A program made the position numbers and the translations under genes. A stretch of 64,000 bases of DNA from an uncultured Ruminococcus sp. Lineage in GTDB: Bacteria > Bacillota > Clostridia > Oscillospirales > CAG-272. This document shows positions 60,621-64,000 of the stretch, piece after piece. Position 1 is the stretch's first letter. Each line of letters opens with the position of its first letter. Under the pieces are notes generated by a model. It ran no database searches and had not been told where the DNA came from. It was given only the letters and a program-made list of their open reading frames with translations. The DNA lies in assembly GCA_902779285.1 (NCBI GenBank), contig CACZAZ010000006.1:7705-71704 (forward strand), read 5' to 3'.

Positions 60621-61898
60621 TTAAAGGTCGATCTTCACGGCGCCCCGCGGACGGATCGAGAGCCGCATCACGCTGCCCGCGCCGAAGACCGAATCGAGGA
60701 CCTCGGTGTAGCCCTCGGAGAGTTCTCTCTTCACGAACGCCTGGATGGTCCCGGCAAAACCGCCGCCGTGGACCCGGAAGGCGCAGCCCTTGCCCGAAAG
60801 CAGCCCGTCGGTCAGGGCGAGCGCGAGCGAAAGCCCCTGCTCCGAAACGTTCAGATTGGTATAGACGTTCTGCAGATACATAAAACTCGATCTGCCCGAC
60901 TCGTTCACCCCGTCGAGAAACGCGGCGAGGTCGCCCCGTTTCAGCGCGTCCGCCTGTTTTGCCACCCGTCCGTTCTCGCGGACGAAGTGGAATGCGCGGA
61001 GAAGCGCACGATCCCCGACGGTGCGCCGGAGGACGGGGGCGTTCTCGATCAGTTCGCTTTCGGTGATCCCGCGCAGGACCTTTTGCCCGAAGTAGGCGGC
61101 GACCGCTTTCATTTCGGCGGGGATCGACGCGTAGTCGGCGTTCAGGTCGGCGTGGTTGCCGCCGGTGTTGACGATCATCAGATCGTAGCCCGCGTCGGAG
61201 AGCGAGAAGGGGATGGGCTCGATCACGGGGGCTTTCGGATCCTTGAAGTCGATGAAGACGAAACCGCCGACGGCGCACGCCGTCTGATCCATCAGCCCGC
61301 TCGGTTTCCCGAACCAGACGTTCTCGGAATACTGCGCGATCTTTGCGATCTCGGCGTTGTCGCACTTGCCCTCTCCGTAAAGGTGGTTCAGGATATTCCC
61401 CACCATCACTTCAAACGCCGCGGAGGACGAGATCCCCGACCCCTTCAGTACTTCGGTCACGGTATAGGCGACGAACCCCCCGACCGGCAGTCCCTTTTTC
61501 CGGAACCCGTCGACCATCCCGGCGATCAGAGCCCCGCTCGTGAAGTCGGGCTGCGACGCGGGATCGACGGTCTCGGAGAGTTTGATGCGATCCTCGGGAT
61601 ATCCCTCGCTGATCAGCCGTATCTCTTGGTCGTCGGTTTTCGCGGCGACGGCGATAATGTCGCGGTCGATCGCCCCGGCAAGCACGCAGCCGTGGTTGTG
61701 GTCGGTGTGGTTGCCCGAGATCTCGCTCCGTCCGGGGACCGAGAACAAAACGACGTCCTCCCTCTCCCCGAAGAGTTCGGTAAAGCGTTCAATCGCCCCG
61801 ATATAGCGGGCGGTCTCGGCGGGGATATCGCGGTACAGGTCTTGATGCAGCCGGAGCGCGCCTCCCTCAAGTTTTCGGATCAGTTCTTTTGCGTTCAT
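60621..61898 (-). CDS. galK: galactokinase (GHMP kinase)
   Basis: ATG at 61898. PGRSEISGNHTDHNHG galactokinase signature and GSGISSSAA GHMP motif. Confidence 0.9.
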   Translation of the reverse strand: MNAKELIRKLEGGALRLHQDLYRDIPAETARYIGAIERFTELFGEREDVVLFSVPGRSEISGNHTDHNHGCVLAGAIDRDIIAVAAKTDDQEIRLISEGYPEDRIKLSETVDPASQPDFTSGALIAGMVDGFRKKGLPVGGFVAYTVTEVLKGSGISSSAAFEVMVGNILNHLYGEGKCDNAEIAKIAQYSENVWFGKPSGLMDQTACAVGGFVFIDFKDPKAPVIEPIPFSLSDAGYDLMIVNTGGNHADLNADYASIPAEMKAVAAYFGQKVLRGITESELIENAPVLRRTVGDRALLRAFHFVRENGRVAKQADALKRGDLAAFLDGVNESGRSSFMYLQNVYTNLNVSEQGLSLALALTDGLLSGKGCAFRVHGGGFAGTIQAFVKRELSEGYTEVLDSVFGAGSVMRLSIRPRGAVKIDL

Positions 61899-61927
61899 TG
61901 ATTCTATTGTCCTCCGACAAATCAGTT

Positions 61928-62887
61928 TTACTTGTTGAGATACGCCGACACCGCGTTTCCCGCGCGTTCGGCAAGGTCGGGCGCTCCCCCGTCGAGCCAG
62001 ACGATCCCCGCTTGCGCGCGGAACCAGGTCAACTGGCGTTTGGCGTAGCGCCGGGTGGCGAGTTTGATCTCCTCCGCCGCCTGCTCCGCGCTCGATTCGC
62101 CCGAGAAGCAGGGCAGGAACTGTCGGTACCCGATCGCCTGTCCCGCCGTCGTTCCGGGGGCGAGATACCCCTTTTCCCAAAGGGTCTTCGCCTCGGTGAA
62201 AAGCCCCTCTTTCATCATTTCGTCTACCCGCAGATCGATCCGGCGGTAGAGTTCCCCGCGCTCGGGAAAATCCAGCCCCAGCGTAAGACAGTCGAAGCGG
62301 GGCGGGCAGTTCCGGCTCTCTTGGTCAAAGACGCTTTTGGGTTTCCCGGTCAGGCGGTAGATCTCGAGCGCACGGACCACGCGGCGCAGATTGTTTCGGT
62401 GCGTGGCGGCGGCGGATACGGGATCGACCGCGGCGAGTTCTTCGTAGAGTTTTACGCGTCCCTCCTCGGTCTTTCCCCGCTCGGTGAGTTCCGCGCGGAG
62501 AACGGGATCGGACGGGGGCGCCTCTCCGTGTCTTCCGGTCAGGGCGGCGGTCAGATACAGCCCCGTCCCGCCGCAGAAAACCGGCAGTTTCCCGCGGGAT
62601 AAAATATCCGACGCGACCCTTGCCGCCTCGTCTCCGTAATCGGCGGCGGAGTACGGCTCGTCGGGGTCGAGAACGTCGATCATGTGGTGCGGGACCCGGC
62701 GTCTCTCCTCGGGGGTGGGCTTGGCGGTGCCGATATCCATCCCGCGGTAGATCTGCATCGAGTCGCAGGAGACGATCTCCCCCCCGAACTTCTCCGCCAG
62801 GCGAAGCGCGAGCGCGCTCTTGCCCGACGCGGTCGGTCCGACCACCGCGAGGACGGAATTCTTCACGGGATCAGCCCCTCCGTCCAC
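61928..62887 (-). CDS. miaA: tRNA dimethylallyltransferase
   Basis: VVGPTASGKSALAL P-loop, SCDSMQIYRGMDIGTAKPT, PHHMIDV. Confidence 0.93.
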   Translation of the reverse strand: MDGGADPVKNSVLAVVGPTASGKSALALRLAEKFGGEIVSCDSMQIYRGMDIGTAKPTPEERRRVPHHMIDVLDPDEPYSAADYGDEAARVASDILSRGKLPVFCGGTGLYLTAALTGRHGEAPPSDPVLRAELTERGKTEEGRVKLYEELAAVDPVSAAATHRNNLRRVVRALEIYRLTGKPKSVFDQESRNCPPRFDCLTLGLDFPERGELYRRIDLRVDEMMKEGLFTEAKTLWEKGYLAPGTTAGQAIGYRQFLPCFSGESSAEQAAEEIKLATRRYAKRQLTWFRAQAGIVWLDGGAPDLAERAGNAVSAYLNK

Positions 62888-63795
62888 GCAAAGAGATCGC
62901 GGAAGAACTCGTCGCGCCCGACCTCGTTGTGCAGTTCGTGACGGAAACCGGGATAGAGACGGAAGGTCAATTTCTCACAGCCCGCGTCCTCCAGCATCCG
63001 ATTGACTTTTTTCACGCCCTTGCCCCAGCCGCCGACGGGATCCATATCCCCCGACGCGAGCAGGATGGGCAGATCCTTCGGCAGTTTCTTCGCCCAACTC
63101 TTTTTGCTGATCTCACCGATCATGGCGAAGAGTTCGCGGAATCCTCCGGCGGAGAACTTGAAATTGCTGGCGGGATCGTCCGCAAACTTATCGAGTTCCT
63201 TTTGGTCGCTCGTGATCCACGCCTTTTCCGGCACGCCCTTCTCGTAACGCGAATTGTACGAGCCGAAGGCGAGTTTCGAGAGTACCTTGCCCGGGTGATC
63301 GGGTCCGAGCAATCCGACCGAGAGAGCGGCGATCGTCTTGGCGACCGGGAGCGCGGGATTCGGGCCCGCCGTCCCGAGGATCACCAGCCCGTCGAGTTCG
63401 TCGCCCCAGCGGGACGCGTAGAGGCGGGCGAGGAAAGAGCCCATACTGTGTCCGATCAGAATGAAGGGCAGCTCGGGATTCTCGCTCTTGGCGATCCCGG
63501 TCACGGTATGGAGGTCCTGCAAAACGAACTCCCGCGACCCCTTCTTGCCGAAGACGCCGTACTCCTCCGGCTTGGCGGTCCTGCCGTGCCCGAGGTGGTC
63601 GTTCGCGTAGACGGAGATCCCCTGGTCGTTCATGCGCGAGATCAGGTCGGTATAATGTCCGACGTGTTCGATCATTCCGTGGGAGATCTGGACGACGGCG
63701 CGCGGGTTGGCAACGGGAAAACGGTAGCCCGCGACGGTGTGCAGTCCGTCGGATGAGGGGAACGAAAACAGGTTGGCTTCGGTGATCTCGATCAT
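62863..63795 (-). CDS. alpha/beta hydrolase (lysophospholipase/monoacylglycerol-lipase-like)
   Basis: ISHGMIEH and nucleophile elbow LIGHSMGS. 310 aa. Confidence 0.82.
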   Translation of the reverse strand: MIEITEANLFSFPSSDGLHTVAGYRFPVANPRAVVQISHGMIEHVGHYTDLISRMNDQGISVYANDHLGHGRTAKPEEYGVFGKKGSREFVLQDLHTVTGIAKSENPELPFILIGHSMGSFLARLYASRWGDELDGLVILGTAGPNPALPVAKTIAALSVGLLGPDHPGKVLSKLAFGSYNSRYEKGVPEKAWITSDQKELDKFADDPASNFKFSAGGFRELFAMIGEISKKSWAKKLPKDLPILLASGDMDPVGGWGKGVKKVNRMLEDAGCEKLTFRLYPGFRHELHNEVGRDEFFRDLFAWTEGLIP

Positions 63796-63842
63796 TTTCT
63801 CGTTTCCTTTCTGTATCGGGATTCCCCTTTCGGGGGAGGGGA

Positions 63843-64000
63843 TCAGATCGCGGGACCGGACTTGATGAATTCCTCGGTCTCCTCACGCGTCGGGATGGAG
63901 CGCGACGCGCCGCACTTGGTCACGGTCAGAGCGCCGACGGCGCAGGCGAAACGGATCGACGATTCGATATTCCCGGTTTCACAGTAGCGGACCGCGAGCG
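63843..64000 (-). CDS. PfkB-family carbohydrate kinase, C-terminal fragment (the gene continues beyond the window)
   Basis: Hand-translated minus strand ends ...SIRFACAVGALTVTKCGASRSIPTREETEEFIKSGPAI-stop (TGA at 63845-63843). This matches the PfkB C-terminal signature. Confidence 0.6.
   Translation of the reverse strand, partial: LAVRYCETGNIESSIRFACAVGALTVTKCGASRSIPTREETEEFIKSGPAI

Noticed and set aside
1-64000. Search for rRNA, tRNA, tmRNA, transposase/integrase genes, prophage blocks, and toxin-antitoxin or known defence operons.
   Set aside because: None could be supported by eye. All intergenic gaps over 150 nt are accounted for by promoters, terminators, the repeat arrays, the tiny ORF or leaders. 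A covariance-model scan (tRNAscan/Infernal) would be needed to exclude small RNAs formally.

Overview
This is a visibly high-GC, tightly packed chromosomal segment (GC judged by eye, not computed) from a spore-forming Firmicute of clostridial type. The lineage call rests on a complete spoIIIAA-AH operon, a clostridial-type abrB with Spo0A boxes in its promoter, hprK, the yggS-sepF-yggT-lspA-rluD block and a long-form hpf. I can support about 65 CDS. Most are housekeeping: glyA, pfkA, asd, asnS, a GMP-synthase ATP-pyrophosphatase unit, an ABC-F ATPase, argH, lexA, rpmB, ppiB, mutY, a chrA pair, recX-recA, galK and miaA. Many intergenic regions carry near-consensus sigma-A promoters with exact 17-nt spacers and clear rho-independent terminators. 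Accessory content: (1) a glycan-utilisation-like locus at 1-10 kb with two tandem SBP-like lipoproteins, two paralogous six-hairpin glycosidases, a clan GH-A hydrolase and a Cys-motif lipoprotein, but no ABC permease; a third SBP-like copy at 23.9 kb sits next to a glycerol-1-phosphate-dehydrogenase-like gene. (2) A PadR/DUF1700/DUF4097 module in which the last two reading frames are separated by only one in-frame TAA. (3) Two lipoproteins built from trigger-factor PPIase and C-terminal modules. (4) A second S24 (LexA-like) repressor with an XRE head, followed by an unknown gene. (5) An untracked 32-codon Cys-rich membrane peptide gene. The most unusual signal is non-coding. Four intergenic arrays (3.1 kb, 27.1 kb, 36.3 kb, 36.9 kb) alternate a short locus-specific constant word with unrelated perfect mini-hairpins. 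Two of these arrays lie in inverted orientation around a low-GC four-helix-bundle (23S-IVS/Avd-like) gene. I saw no rRNA, tRNA, CRISPR, transposase or integrase.
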